A DNA stretch of 64,000 nucleotides, taken from positions 111,720 through 175,719 of the forward strand of contig DF237093.1 in assembly GCA_000708835.1 (NCBI GenBank). Reading direction: 5' to 3'. The stretch comes from Klebsormidium nitens. Taxonomy: Eukaryota > Plantae > Klebsormidiophyceae. Numbering within the stretch: position 1 is the first letter of the stretch; each line of letters begins with the position of its first letter. The notes below the pieces were generated by a model that saw only the letters and a program-made list of their open reading frames with translations, did no database searches and had not been told where the DNA came from. A program made the position numbers and the translations under genes. Below, in pieces: positions 1-13,334 of this stretch.

Positions 1-1635
1 ATCTCCAGAACTGGGTTGCTGTTGAGAAACATTTTTTGCGGAGAAGAACTAGGGCCTCAAAATTGTTTGAAGCATGCATTCAACATGCCTTCAAGGGACA
101 GCAACTCGTTTTCAAATGCTGAGGTACAGACAGACCGATAGAACTGTACCCCAGATCTTAGCAACCTGCCTTTGCTGCCAGTTCGATTGAACAGAACAAT
201 ATGTAAAGAGAGCTTTGTAGCGAGCCCAGCTTTGCCACCTTGTCACAGAACGGACCACCCTAAGCAAGCTAGTAAATGGAGCTGCTAAATGAAAAACCAG
301 GAATGTAAGACACTCCGCTTGGGCGCCATGGCCGCCGCATTGCATGAGCGAAAGTGCAATGCGTCATAGCAGGCGGCAACTTCAAGGCGCCTGGTCTGCA
401 GAGAGAGACTGCATATGAGAAGGGACTCAGACAGCTGTTCAGTGTTCCGCAGTGTGCGACTGTGACTCACACAAGGACTCGGAGGCCAGAGTCAAAGAGT
501 GAGCCCATTTGGCAAATTTCGAAATGGATTTCATTTCTCCCTGAAACCCTTCGTTGACAAAAGGCGGTCGGGGAATCTGCAAAGGTGGGGCAGAAAGCGG
601 GCAAAAAGAGACTGGTTGGTTCCACCCGACTCCAGGCCTTACCTTGGCCTCGAGCTTTACGCGCCACATTTTTCAGCTAGTAGGAATGCTCCACGTGGAG
701 CTCTTTGATGCGTTGTCTTCCAACTTTATCGAAAGCTTCAGATAAAGGACCAAAAGGGCGCCGAAGCTTCTCGAATATGTGCTTTTTCCTCCACAAAAAT
801 GAACATCGATAACAGTCGCGCATGCAGAAAGGGTGTCCCATAAGCGGGACGAGGGGCGACTCATTTTGCCACGATTACGTGGCTGTGATCCCGATGCTTG
901 AGGTGAATCTAGAAGCGGGCGGATGTTCGTTAGGTTAGACGGTCGAGATGGTCCAAGCTGTTCATCGACGGCTCCCGGCGATTACCATGTGGTCCAGGGA
1001 CCAGAATGCTGTACCAAGATTCTCCAATACCTACCTACCATTTGCCGTACAGTACTTGCCCCTTGACCACTGAAAGACTCATCTTTACAGCCTGTACATT
1101 TTAGAACGTCCGATCAGATAGCGAACGGCTGGCAAGGCGTAAAAGCCTTTCACCTTCTTGCGGGGGTACAATATGCACATGTATGATTGAAGCAAGATGA
1201 TCCTAGACAGACTCGAACCAACGGCAATGGCAAGGAGACGTACCTACTACGGTATCAGCATTTCCGCAGTCATGATCACCAGATGCGCGGGCGAGGTTGC
1301 GGGGGCAGACGAAGCAAAGGATCCGAGGCTGGCCTTTAAATCTCGTCCGGTCTTCTCCAAACCAGGTTGAAATGTGTTCTTTCCTCCAAGCCAAGCAGGA
1401 GACTGCTCTGACTGCCGGGAGATAGCAACTTTGATTGCTCAATCAGGCCTGCAACATGCTCATTTGAGAATGGTGGCACATCTTATTCACACATTGGGAA
1501 GGAGAAAGCATTGGCTGTTGGGGAAAGGGATTGATCAAAGCCGCAGATTGGAGGATAGGAGAAACATCGCAGTTTCCCCTTCGTCCAAAGTTGTTGATCC
1601 TTGGATGCTGAGAGAGGGAGTTTAGGAAAGGTAGC

Positions 1636-4600
1636 ATGGCGTCCACTCTGGTCCTCCCGGCTCAGCAGGTCGGAGGGTTTGCAGCCGTGCAGGCGACTAG
1701 CATGGCGGGGAAGCGGGGTCGCTGCAACGTCCACAATACGTACCGGCCACCATCGGTTGAGAGCAAGGACCCTTTACTAAGGGTTTCTTGGAAGGCCCAG
1801 CATCCGGCAACAAGCGCAGGGCGAGCCAGGGCCTCCATTCTGTCTTCTCGAAGCCTCAGAACTTCGTCGTTCACAGTCAGGGCAAATGCTGACGACACAG
1901 ACATGTCCCCCCGTCACCTAGACAGGCGGCAAAAGAAGGGAGGCAAGGAATGGTTTGAGGGGCAGCAGTCAGTCCACGATAGGGCCCAGGGTCTCATCCG
2001 TGGCAAGAACTGGATTCTAAGGCGGGGATCTAAGAACAAGGCGGTCAAAAGTGGGGAGGCTGTAACTGACCAATCCAACAAACCAGAACTGGGGCAGAGA
2101 GTTGGTGGGAAACAGGACCGGAGAGAAGGGCGGGATGGGGGAGCAAACTTGGCAGAGTATCCATGGACGGGCCCAGCAGAAAAGACGCTTTTGGACATGG
2201 CAAGGACTGGGGGTCAATGGGAGCCTCTCCAGATTGAGACTGCTAGCCCTGAACCGAGTCTCATAGATGCTAAGGAGGAAGCAGTGATTGGTGCGACGGT
2301 CCCAGAGGTCAAGCCGGCGGAGACTGCAAAGGAGGCTGGCGATGGCCGGAATTGGAAGATATTGATTGGGCTTTTCTTTGCGTTCTGCCTGATGACGTCA
2401 GCAGATAAGGCGGCCATGTCGGTGGCGCCGATGACAAGTGAGTTGGAAAAACCCTAGTCAGAAGGAAGGCAGCACCGCATGTCAATGTGGACTCAGAGGT
2501 GGGATTGGTTGACTGCACTGGTGCTGCAAAAGAAATGCGGTTTTTGCGGCTCCTTTGGCATATGAATTGTGGTTGAACAGTTTCTGGTAAGATCGCGGAA
2601 GTTTCTCACTGGTTGCATCTGATTGAAAAGTTGCTTCTCAAGTAAGACGTCGTAAACATGACGCACTCTTTTGTGCAGTGGCCAAGCAATTTGGGTGGTT
2701 GGAGTCAGACAAAGGCCTGATTGGAAGCTCCTTCTTCTTCGGGTTCATGTTCTCTCAGGTGAGTTCATCATCCACCTGTTTTGCGCATGTCTTGGTTTTG
2801 TTTCTTGGCCATTTTCTTGCATGATCCATCCGCAAGTAGGAACCTTCTTCATGAAAAGGAGTGTTATTCCTGCATATTACTATTCACCGCTTATGGTATG
2901 ACTTAAAAATGGAAAAAGCAGAGCCTGTTGAAAAACAATCAGAATCACAAGGGGGGGCGTTTTTCTTGCTTCAGGATGGCTGATCTGTTGCCTTATATTT
3001 CGCAGATTCCTAGCAGCATTGTTTGCAAGCGGATCGGCCGGCGGAAAATAATGACGTGGGTCGCGCTGTGGATCGGCGTGTGCCAGCTCCTCACCCCTAT
3101 TGCGGCCTCCACTTCCCTGACAGGACTGCTGGCCGTGCGCGTGAGTGCGCTCTATTTTCAAATCAAATCTTTGCAGGTTCTTGTTATATTTGAAGTTGTA
3201 CCCCCTCGATTACCTCATCTCGCCAACTTGTTTAGCAGGCTTGCGAATTCTGATCGGATCTGTTGATTTGTTGTATCCATGTAGCCTCGCATGGGAGAAA
3301 CCGGATGAGCTTCGGACTCCTTTTGAAGCACTGAATTACCCAGTCAGAAGAGTTTTGCGATCTTTGACCGTCTGATCAAAGGCTTGCAGGCAGAGGGTTT
3401 GCATGGCTCGCTCAAGAGTCAAGGCAGGTTGCGGCCATACCCAGTCTTTGGACCAACCGCTCATACATCTAGATGTGTTCGCTCCATCTGGTTGCAAACC
3501 TTCGAACGATTTTTCTTTTCGTATCATTAGAATCGTCGTGGTACTGGCCATTTGCAGGCTGCTCTTGGTTTTGGCGAGGGCGTTGTGGTGCCCATTCTCA
3601 CCAGCATGCTGGCCGACTACGTTCCCCCCGAGAAACGGTCCAGCTCCTTAGCAATGGTCTTCTCTGGCGGCCCCCTCGGCACCGTTCTCTGTAGGTCCTC
3701 CATTTCCACTGCCTGTTGCTCCTTATCTTTTGGGCTTCCATCAATGCTTGCCGCAAATTGTGAGTGTAAAGTCAAGCAGATGGTGAAGCAGTGATTTGTG
3801 GGTGCTTTTGTGTTGGTCAAAAGTTACGAGCAGTTACCACAAGATGCTGTTTCGAGCGTTCGGAAGGTGTATTTCGTTGGCGTTGCTTCATCTGGACAAA
3901 AGAGCTATAGCCTCTTTGAAGAGCCTCATCTTTCGGCAGAGAGCCGAACAGGGGTGCCCATCGGGCTTTCCTGTCCGTCTATCAAACGAATAGCTCACCT
4001 GCCGTTAAAAGACAAACTCACGTCTCTCACTTCCCACTTGCTTCTTAGTCCTGACTCTGTTGGCTTTCCTCCTTCGCAGCACTCTTCCTCTGTCCGGGCA
4101 TCATCAACACCGCCGGCTGGCAACCCCTCTTCTACGCAATCGGCGCCGTCTCCCTCGCCTGGGGGGCTGCCTGGTCTTTTGCCGCCCCCCACTTCGAACC
4201 CCTCCCCGCCGCCAAGCCCCGCTGGAACCCCTTCCGAAAAGCCCCCAAAGCCAACGTCGCCCCGCAGACGGCGACGCCTTCGGTTCTGCCCGCCATTTCT
4301 GACGCCACTTTCAAGCTGTACAAAGACAGCCCGCTCCTGCTCGAGACCGGTGTCAAGCTCGCGACGCTCGCGGCGCTCGGGCCCGACGGGAAGCGCATCC
4401 CCGCGGCAGCGACCGCAGTCGCGGGGGCCTCCCGGAAAAGCATCCTTAACGGGGCTGTGGTTGCGAGCTCCGACGAGGAGCTCGTCTTCTCCCCGGACGA
4501 CCCCTACTGGAAGCTCTCGCCCGACGCGCGCCGCAAGCTGCGCCAGCGGCGCATGGCCATCCGCGGGCGCTTCAGCCAGAACGCGCCCTCCGTTTCCGTT

Positions 4601-6232
4601 GGTTCCGTCCAGCAGAACGAAACCGCGCCCTCCGTCTCCTCCCCTCGCAAACAGAACGGCATCGTCCTCCCCGCCCCGCACTCAGCGCAGCAGTCCCTTT
4701 CTGGCAGCGGCCACGTAGCCACCCCCCCGGGGGTCCTTTCTCCGATCCCCGCGGAAGCGACCATTCCCGCGGCGCGGCGTCGCGTCGGCGTTCCGCACCT
4801 CCGCCCCCTCCGGAGCACCGGAACGATCTGCAGCAGCGCGGCCGTGGCCGAGGCGCGGGTCGCCAATGACGCGGCGCCAGCTGGCGCCGCGCCGGCCGCA
4901 CCACCGGCGGGCGGCATCCCGTGGCGGCGGTTCTTTGCAAGCCGCGCGTTCTGGGCGATCGCGGGCGCGCACTTTTGCAGCAACTGGGGGTGGAACGCGT
5001 TCATGGCGTGGCTGCCGACCTATTTCACGCAGAAGCTGGGGCTCGATCTTGCGGCGAGCAGCACCATTACGCTGATCCCCTGGACCATGGCGTTCCTGGC
5101 GGGGAACACGTCGGGCATGCTCGCGGACTGGATGAGCGGCCTGGGCATCCACAAGACCAAGGTGAGGCGCAAAATGGTGCTGGATTGCCCCGAAAAATCG
5201 TTTCTGTGGGTTCACTATCGAGGGCTGTTGGGGCGGACTTTTAAGACATCCGTTGTGTTGCTCAAGGGGGGTAAACACTGATACGAGTCGAACAGTGGCG
5301 GAGCGTAGAGTTAAGCTCTTAATCGTAGTTTTGAGGGTCCCCTCGTCCAATGGACTTGTCCTCTCTTCGATGATCCTCCGTCCGGGTCGGTTGACCAATC
5401 ATTGTCGCGCATGTGCAAACAGCTTCCAAGAGCAAGCAACTCTCCATGTGCATCCTCAAACGAACCGAAAAGGGCCTTGCAATCTTGAGATCCCACAGAA
5501 CTCAGCCTCAACCCCGTGTTCTCCCCCTGCTCAGGTCCGGAAGATCATCCAGTGCGTCGCTTTCCTCGGCCCCGCTGCGGGCCTGGCGCTCCTGACACGT
5601 GTCTCCTCTGCCACCGAGGCGGTGGCCGTCTTCTGCGGAGTGCTGGCGCTGGGCTCGTTCTCGGCCGGGGGCTTCTGCTCCAACCACTCGGACATCTCCC
5701 CGAAGCACTCGGGGACGCTGTACGCGCTGACCAATACCTTTGGCTGCCTGGGAGGTGAGTTTATAGAAAGGTTTGGTCGGCGTTCGCTGTCTGAGTTGTT
5801 TTCATCTACTTCCCCAGGCAACGTTAACGGGCACGCGAGCAGGGATTGAAGCCGCCGAGAACTTTTGGTCTGTGTTGGTGCCGCGGAGATGATTTGTCAA
5901 AATGGTCAGCAGACGGAACGTCCGGTGAGCAGTATAGAAAGTGCCTATCATTTGGGTCTACTTAAAGCGAGAACCTTTTAGGGGACCCCGTTGTTGGAAG
6001 CACGGATCAGGTAACGAATTCCGGACTTGCTGGGTTTCTTCGGTTAGCTAAAGCCTAATCAGCGGCTGATTAGGCACTTTCCTTTGCAGGCTCTGCATCC
6101 GTGGCTTTGACCGGCGTCCTGCTCGACAAGACCGGGAACTGGAATATTGTGTGGCTTGGGGCCGCACTCATGTACGTTATTGGCACGCTGTGGTACGTTG
6201 CCTTGGGCAGCACCGAGAAAGAGTTCGATTAG
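1636..6232 (+). CDS. PHT4/ANTR-like (SLC17 family, MFS) anion/phosphate transporter with probable plastid transit peptide; 7 exons
   Basis: Exons joined in frame through GT-AG introns: 1636-2437, 2679-2758, 3006-3140, 3558-3690, 4080-5161, 5535-5754, 6090-6232 (TAG). The product has SLC17-type segments: DKAAMSVAPM-MAKQFGWLESDKGLIGSSFFFGFMFSQ, LGFGEGVVVP, IPWRRFFASRAFWAIAGAHFCSNWGWNAFMAWLPTYF, NHSDISPKHSGTLYALTNTFG. The N-terminus is Ser/Arg/Ala-rich. Confidence 0.92.
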
Positions 6233-7510
6233 GGCCCTAGCGACGCGGACCTCGTGTTTCCCTCGGGGGGTGATGAGAGAGGCGCCGCGGGCCAGATTTT
6301 AGGACTGAAAATGGGACCCCCATGTACATGACTGAGCATTTTACAAAGCTGGGGGGGGGAGCGGTAAACATAGGACGGTAGGGTGTTTGATACGATGAGA
6401 GGAGATCAGGCGGGAGTTTACATAAGCTATCCCGTTGGGGGCCCTACGGATCATGGTGGCAGTACGGAGCTACTGACAGTGTGCATAAAGAGTATCGACC
6501 ATTGTAGGACGACTTAGAGAACATTGATCCGCCTTACTTAGTGCTTGACGTGTTTTTGTTTGGACCCTGATCACATAGAAAGAGTGGATAAGATCAACTT
6601 TGTGCCTTAAAGCTTTGCATAGTGAGCCCGGTGTGGACTTTATAGCAGTCGCAACCAAGCACGCAAATACGAATAATTGCAGAAGAACATTCTTTTCCGC
6701 CATCATAGTTTCAAACTTACGAAGTGGCCGGCATACAATCGTTAGTCTGACATCATTGCGTTCCGCAATGCATGTTCGAGTTAGGTAGTGAGAAGGCGGT
6801 TAGTTTGCTAAACTGGTCGCAGTTGACCAGTTGGCGGATGAGAGCGCAAGCTTGTGAGATAGACAGGACCCTTAAGAAGCTGAAGCAGAAGTGAGCCACC
6901 ATGCCTGCGCACGTTTCCACGATGTATGTTTGCTCAACAACATCTTCAAAGTTGTCCACTTGGTGCATTTAGGGCTTCCAACAGCGCGGCATAATATGCA
7001 CTGAGTCCAAATTCTAATGTTGCCGGACGATATTTAACATTCAGGATGAAGGACCTGAGTCTTAGCTGAGTTGTGATGCTGCAATTACTGAAGACTGCGC
7101 ACGCATTTACGTACGTACTATAGACTTCTAGCATGCTAAATGCCATGTACTTCTGTATACGTGCTGCACAAGCGGAGACGTACTTCATGCTCCTCAGACA
7201 ATATCTTCGCCCCTAGCCGGGATCCCCGCTCCGTCCAGTCTTCTCTTGAACGACAATTTTATTAAACACACGAATTGACAATGCATGTATCCTGACCTGA
7301 AAATGAAAGTCCCAAAGCACTGATCCAATCCGTATGTCTACAGCTAACCAGAAAAGGCCGATCTTGTGAACGATTCGATCTGAAAGTTCACTTCTTCTCT
7401 CTAAAGTGGGTCTTAAATGTCGACTTCTAATAGCACCCTAAGGACTGCAAACCTCCGCCAAAGAAGAGAACAGGATGAAATGTCGCCGCTTCTATCTGTA
7501 CATTCTGCAG

Positions 7511-8676
7511 CTATTCGACGACTCTCACTCCTTGCACAAATTTCTCCCACCTGACTATCTCCTCCCCGTCGCAGCCGCTGAAGCCTAGCTTTTCCAGGTG
7601 AGGGCACGCTGCGAAGATCCGCTTGACCTCACCACCGAACCACCGACGGATGTTCTTCGAGACCAGCCCTAATCTTGGATGTGCTAAGCCAGGAGTGACG
7701 TGCATGCAAGTTGTTCGAAGCAATGGGCAGTCTGATGCGGCCAGCAACCGAGGAAAATCCCAGGGCCAGCCGCCCCGTTTTTTATCCCACTCTTGCAAGG
7801 ACAAATCCAAATGCGTTAATTTGGATGGCAGGGAAGAGGAGCCAAGGGAACTTAAGAAGATGAGTCTGCTGTTCGGTTCCTCTGTGCAAAAAGAGCGAGG
7901 TGGCATACGTTTGGCGCCCAAAAACCTCGGTTTCTGGCACTGGCTGCGGTCCGAAGCCGTGCGGCCGATCTGCACCCAGAAGACTTACGGCCTTCTCGAG
8001 GCAGACATGTACAATTCAAGCTACACGGTCTGAACTTGGATATGTCGAGCTCCAGCAGTTTGTCGTGCTCTGGTAATTTGCAGGGTTCGTGACACTTGTA
8101 GACGCTGCCCTCAACTTTCAAGGCGGTTAGATTGGGATATTGCTGACCGACTTTCTGAGGCGTCCCCCCTTGGAAGCCAAAGCTTACTAAGCTGAGCTTC
8201 TTGAGGCTCTCTTTAGAAAAAGAGAGCGCGCTCTCGCAGAAGGAGCCCTCCCAAGTGACGAGGTTGCCGGGGTCAGAGGCGCAGGCATGAGCAAGCAGAC
8301 TGCACTTGGTCAAACGAACGCTTGACAGAGATGTCAAGATGGAAATCGTCCCGCTCCAACTTAGAAACCCAGGCTCGCTCATCACCAGCTCAGAAAGGCC
8401 AGGCCGCTTGCTGATCTCCTCCAGCAGGAACTCGTTGAGATGCATTGACAGGCTGCCGTCTTTGGATGCTTCTTTGACCGTCTGCTTCTCGATATCCTCC
8501 GAAGGCGTCACAACCAGAGTCCTGGTGCATCTTCTGGCAGAGTCACGCAACTCCCTGCTCGTAATCCCAAGCGCTTGGAAGCTCTCCCCACAATCCCTCC
8601 TCACTTTCTCCACAATTATGTCCAGAACCTCTGTGGGAAGTAGGTCAAAAGACGCTCTGAGACCCGCCCTCGCCAT
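7511..8676 (-). CDS. F-box-like protein with LRR/RNI-like C-terminal region, paralogue 1; 2 exons
   Basis: N-terminal F-box-like motif FDLLPTEVLDIIVEKV. Exons 8676-7989 and 7881-7511; the phase-1 intron 7988-7882 (GTAAGT...TTGCACAG) joins ORFs 7852..8676 and 7511..7975 in frame. Clearly homologous to 10669-11834. Confidence 0.75.
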
Positions 8677-9244
8677 TTTCTTGCTCTAAAGTCAACTGTT
8701 CGCGGCGCTTTCCCGGCTGGCAGCAACAACTGCGAACTTGATTGTTGCTGCACCGTGATTTTTTCAAGCTTGAGCTCAACAATGACAACAGCAAATGAGA
8801 AGGGAGCGATCAAGAAAGCGCGCTGTGCCCGTCTGCAAAGTCTTGTAACAGAGGATGCGGCTCAGCTTTGGCGGTGCATTCGTGCCAATCATGCCTTCTA
8901 CGGGAGACACGAGTGTGGACCTGCATCGAGGTTTTGAGAAGCCGAGTCATCGATTTGTGTGTCCGCTTTGAGTCTTCTCAAGGGTGACGAACGGAGAGAG
9001 TTGGTGCCAGAAACTTTGGGCCTGGGCCTGGGCCTGGAAACGAATCAAAGATTCAGTAGAATCGATTCACGGAGCGCGAATGACACACCAGGTGCAAGCC
9101 ATAGGATTCACGAGCGACAATCTGAATCAGCCAACAGAACTGTAGTCTTGGACCAACAGAGAAGCTTGGAGTCAGCTCCGGAGTTTCGATCAGCAACTGC
9201 ATGCATGCTCGTGTGTTGATGTTCCAGGATTCTGCGACCGACGT

Positions 9245-9558
9245 GGACCGACGAGAGCTCGTTTTTCCCGGTCGGTTCCTGAAAAGCTCTCCCACGTTGC
9301 AAGCTGCGCCGGTAGCGCACGGCCATTCGCGGGCGCTCGCTTCAGCCAGGATGCGGCCTCCGTTTCCGGTGCGAAGCAGAACGGAACTGCTCCCTCGGTC
9401 TCCTTCCCCGGAAACAGAACGGAATCGTCCTGCAGCAGTCCCTTCCGGCAGCGGCCGCGTCAAAACGCCCCCCGAGGGTTCTTTCCTCAATCTCCACGGA
9501 AGCAGCAGTTCGCGCGCGTTCAATACCACGGCGCAGCGCCACGTTGGCGTTCCGAACT
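9245..9558 (+). pseudogene. Degenerate partial copy of exon 5 of the PHT4-like gene
   Basis: Co-linear similarity to about 4465-4800, e.g. gagctcgtttttcccgg vs gagctcgtcttctccccgg, gcaagctgcgcc in both, aaacagaacggaatcgtcct vs aaacagaacggcatcgtcct, ggcgttccgaac vs ggcgttccgcac. Multiple indels disrupt the original frame. Confidence 0.85.
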
Positions 9559-10668
9559 ACAGTACGTGCAAATAAGGCATGCCCAAAACAAAGTATCCGT
9601 GTCAGATATCAACATTGATACAGGCCTGCAGGCCTAAGTATTAAGAGTGCGATACGTGCATATACTTTGGCCTGACGTTGCATATCAAGCCCTCCATTCC
9701 GTAGCTTACCACGTCGACTCGTTGAACCCGTCACTGCCAGGTGCAGTGGCGTGCTTGCTTCTTGATTCTGTGAAGTTGCACAGATCGTGCCATGAAAAAC
9801 CCGACGGCTTCAAAGAGCAACGCATAATCGTGGGCAATGCTGGAAAATGGGTCATCTGGTTTGAAACGCCGCATATAGGATGCCCCGGCATCGTAACATG
9901 CGGCGATTCTGAGATTCTCTGCATGATCGATGGTCCTGCTTCGGGCCAGATTTGGATATCAAAGCAGTTGCAACCAGCACGCAACTGAGGAATGTTCGCG
10001 AGAGAACATCCTTTCCGCCGGAAGAACGCCGCATGCTTTCGGCTATACAGATACAGCCGATTGAAGTGGCCGGCACCTTAATTAAAATCTGACAATCATT
10101 GCAGCCGCGATGGATGTAAGTTCCTGTTAGATGCTGAGGTTTAAGTGCGGATTGAAGCGGCAGGGTCCGACAGATTCTATTTGATCCATGCTAAGCTCGC
10201 AGCAACGCCTTGTGGCGCAAATCGAACCTTTTAGTAATATATAGATCGAACCGAGTTAGCCACCATGCTGCGCATGATTTCACGAGTGCGCTCACCGTCA
10301 TTAGCCATGTCAACCACACAATATAGGGGCTCCGCGGCCGCCTTCAGTTAATATCGATATCAGCTTGCGTCGTCTTCTATCTTGAGTTATGAATGCGTTG
10401 TTCCAGATCATTTTTACAATTTGTCTATATAAAAATTCTACAGTCGAACGGGGGATCTTGTTACAGAATACTCGAAAGAATTTCAAAGAGTGAAGGCAAA
10501 GCAAAGCCTCCGACATCTTATTTCTCTTATGCGAGCGTCTTGTGAAACTTGTAATATGGTGTTAACGACTGGTAAGACTGCCTTCAACTGACCGCACCCT
10601 ACTGACTGCGTGACATCTCCCCCACAAAAGAAACGAAGTCACATCTTGCTTATTGTTCCATCTGTCAG

Positions 10669-11834
10669 CTACTTGACAACTTTCACTCTGCCCGAAGATC
10701 TCTCCCACTTGACCATTTCCTCCTCATCGCAGCCGAGAAAACATAGCTCCTCGAGCTGAAGGCAAGCCTTAAAGATCCTCTTGACCTCGGCACCAAACCA
10801 CCGACGAAGATTCTTCGGAACGAGACTCGAATTTGCTACGCCTGGAGTGGCGCGCACCTGGACCTTCCGAAGCACCGTGCAATCGGATGCGGCCAATATT
10901 GGGCACAAAGGATGACTGCCCAAGGCGAAGCTGCGCCCAACCGGCTGCACACACTTCTGCAAGTACACGTCCAAAGTCTCTAAAGTGCAGGGGAGAGAAC
11001 GGAGGCCTTCAAGCGGATTTGCGATGAGAATCTCGACGCCAGGTTCCTCTGTGCAATTAGCCGCCACACTGAGGTGGTGATTCTTGGCGGCCAGATGCCT
11101 TGTATGATTGGAGGTGCGGTAAATGGTGTTGTTGGAGGCCTGTTTCCGCTGGTGAACATACGGCTCACTCCAGTTCCACGCTCCTTGAACCGTTTAAGAT
11201 TGGAAACATCCAGCTTCAACAACTTGCTGTGCTCTGGTAAATTGCAGGGTTCGAAGATTCTGCCCTCTACTTTCAAGGCGGCGATATTGGGAAAGATCTG
11301 ACCAAGCCTTAGGAGCGCTGATCCTTGAAAATCGAAGCTCACTAGCCTGAGCTTCTCGAGGCTTTCTTTGGAACCAGAGAGCACACGCTTGCAGAAGGAG
11401 CCATCCCAGGTGACGAGGTGGCCAGAGCTAGAGGGGCAGGCAGTATGACCCAGAAATGTGCACTTCGTCCAACGAACGCTTGACAGAGATGTCAAGACGG
11501 AAAACCTTCCGCTCCGGTTTAGAAACCCAGGCTCGCTCATCACCAGTTCAGAAAGGCCAGGCCGCTTGCTGATCTCCTCCAAGAGGAACTCGTTGAGATG
11601 CATTGACAGGCTGCTGTCTTGGGATGCTTCTTGCATAAACCGCTTCTCAACCTCCTTCGAAGGCGTCACAACCAAAGTCTTGGTGCATCTCCTGGCAGAG
11701 TCACGCAGCTCCCTGCTCGTAGCCCCAAGCGCCTGGAAGCTCTCCCCACAACTGCTCCTCACTTTCTCCACGATTGTGTCCAGAACCTCTGCGGGGAGAA
11801 GGTCAAAAGACGATCTAACGCCCTCCCTCGCCAT
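10669..11834 (-). CDS. F-box-like protein with LRR/RNI-like C-terminal region, paralogue 2; 2 exons
   Basis: Motif FDLLPAEVLDTIVEKV. The ATG at 11834 matches the paralogue-1 start; an upstream in-frame ATG lies at 11954. Phase-1 intron 11161-11049 (GTATGT...TTGCACAG) sits at the same position as in paralogue 1. Confidence 0.75.
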
Positions 11835-13334
11835 CTTTTTCTGCTTCAAAGCCAACTTGGCTGCAGCGCGCTGTCGGACCTCAAGACCGTATTGCTCCAA
11901 GCAAATGAGATCGGAGCGAGAGCAGAGCGAGAGCGCGCTTTGCTTGTCTGCCAATTTTTCTAAGACTACAGAATGGCATGAGGTTCAGCTTTGAGCGGTG
12001 CACGAGTGAAACGAAGCTTCCTACAGGAGACAAAATGTTGGAGCTGCGACAAGTCTTTGGAAAAGCTGCGTCAGCTTGGTGATGACTTTGGCTCTTGATT
12101 CCGATTACTCCTAGTAGCTTTCAAATCCTCGAAGGTGACGAAAGTGATGATAGAACCCCGGGATCCTGTGGTCCTGGATAAATCTCTTGGCCCTAAGACT
12201 AGACAGCCTGAAGCAGGTCAATCAAGCACCGCAATGCTTGATCCTCGCGCAGCGGGACGAACGGCCAGGTGCTCGCTTTTGTCGAGACGAGCGACAATCG
12301 CGCGATCTGAAGCGCAGCGAAGCTGGTGACAGTAGACTTGGCAGAGCAAGATGTCATGAACCCAGCTCCCTGAGTTCGATTACTCCATGCTTGTATTGTC
12401 GTCTCGACGTTGCCAAACACGTACATGGGCAGTCGAGTCTCCAAAAATCTTCATACTGATCCTACTTCTAGTCGATATCCATTGAAGTTACCGTGCCCAA
12501 CATGCAGCCAAAGATTGCTCCAACTCAAGCTGCGGTTGATCTCGACATGCGTCAAGAAAAATCAACCAGATAAGCGTGTTTTCGAAAGCGGTCTCATCAT
12601 CAGGAAGCTGTAAGACTACGTCAACCCGCAAATTATGATGGTTTTCCATGATGGGGCACTTCTGTAACCTGCATGCCAGCATTTGACACATGCATAAAGG
12701 TTTCGCCGGGCCGCATGTGCATCTTCCGACGGCCTGCGCCCGGCCCCGCGCGGCTCTCTTGAAAAATTAATGCGATGCGGGTGTGTTCTTGACTACTAGC
12801 CTAGGTGCTACTAAAGAAGACGGGACTATGTGCGTTCGAAGATACCCGAAGGTCTTCCAGATTTGTGGAAGACCTTCGGTTGGAAGCCTACTTTGTCTAT
12901 TGCGCATGAGGCAGCATATTCGTCGAAGTTTGCACACCGTCGAGAGCAGCGTAGAACCGATAATAGAAACAAACAGCACTGATCATGCGTCGCTCGGATC
13001 CGAAGGTGCAAGAAGGTGTTATCTGGCGCCCTAGTATGACGGCGACGCACTGTTAAGCGCGCACGGCAATCATTCATGAGCAACGCACTGCGTTTTCAAA
13101 GAGAAGCCTGCGTAACTCATGCATGGTTTGGGAGCTCAGGCGGTAATCAATGCTGGAAGACTACTCGGTGATCGACATGACCATGAGTTCAAAGGATCGT
13201 CCTTCGTGCTGCTGGAATGTAGCTGATCTCTATCAAGGGCCGTTATTGTCAGACTTTACATTAAGCAGAAGTCAAAGCGAGGAAGATCTAAACGAGCGCC
13301 TGAACTTAAGGTACAGGCCTGAGTTCTCTTGCAC

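Noticed and set aside
1-1600. Possible first exon of an upstream minus-strand gene (MAPKR... near 329)
   Set aside because: Only short ORFs without family motifs; no splice model could be supported inside the window.
3995-5398. Long antisense and alternative-frame ORFs (3995..4681, 4682..5398, 3798..4718)
   Set aside because: Shadow ORFs of GC-rich PHT4 exon 5 with no recognisable motifs.
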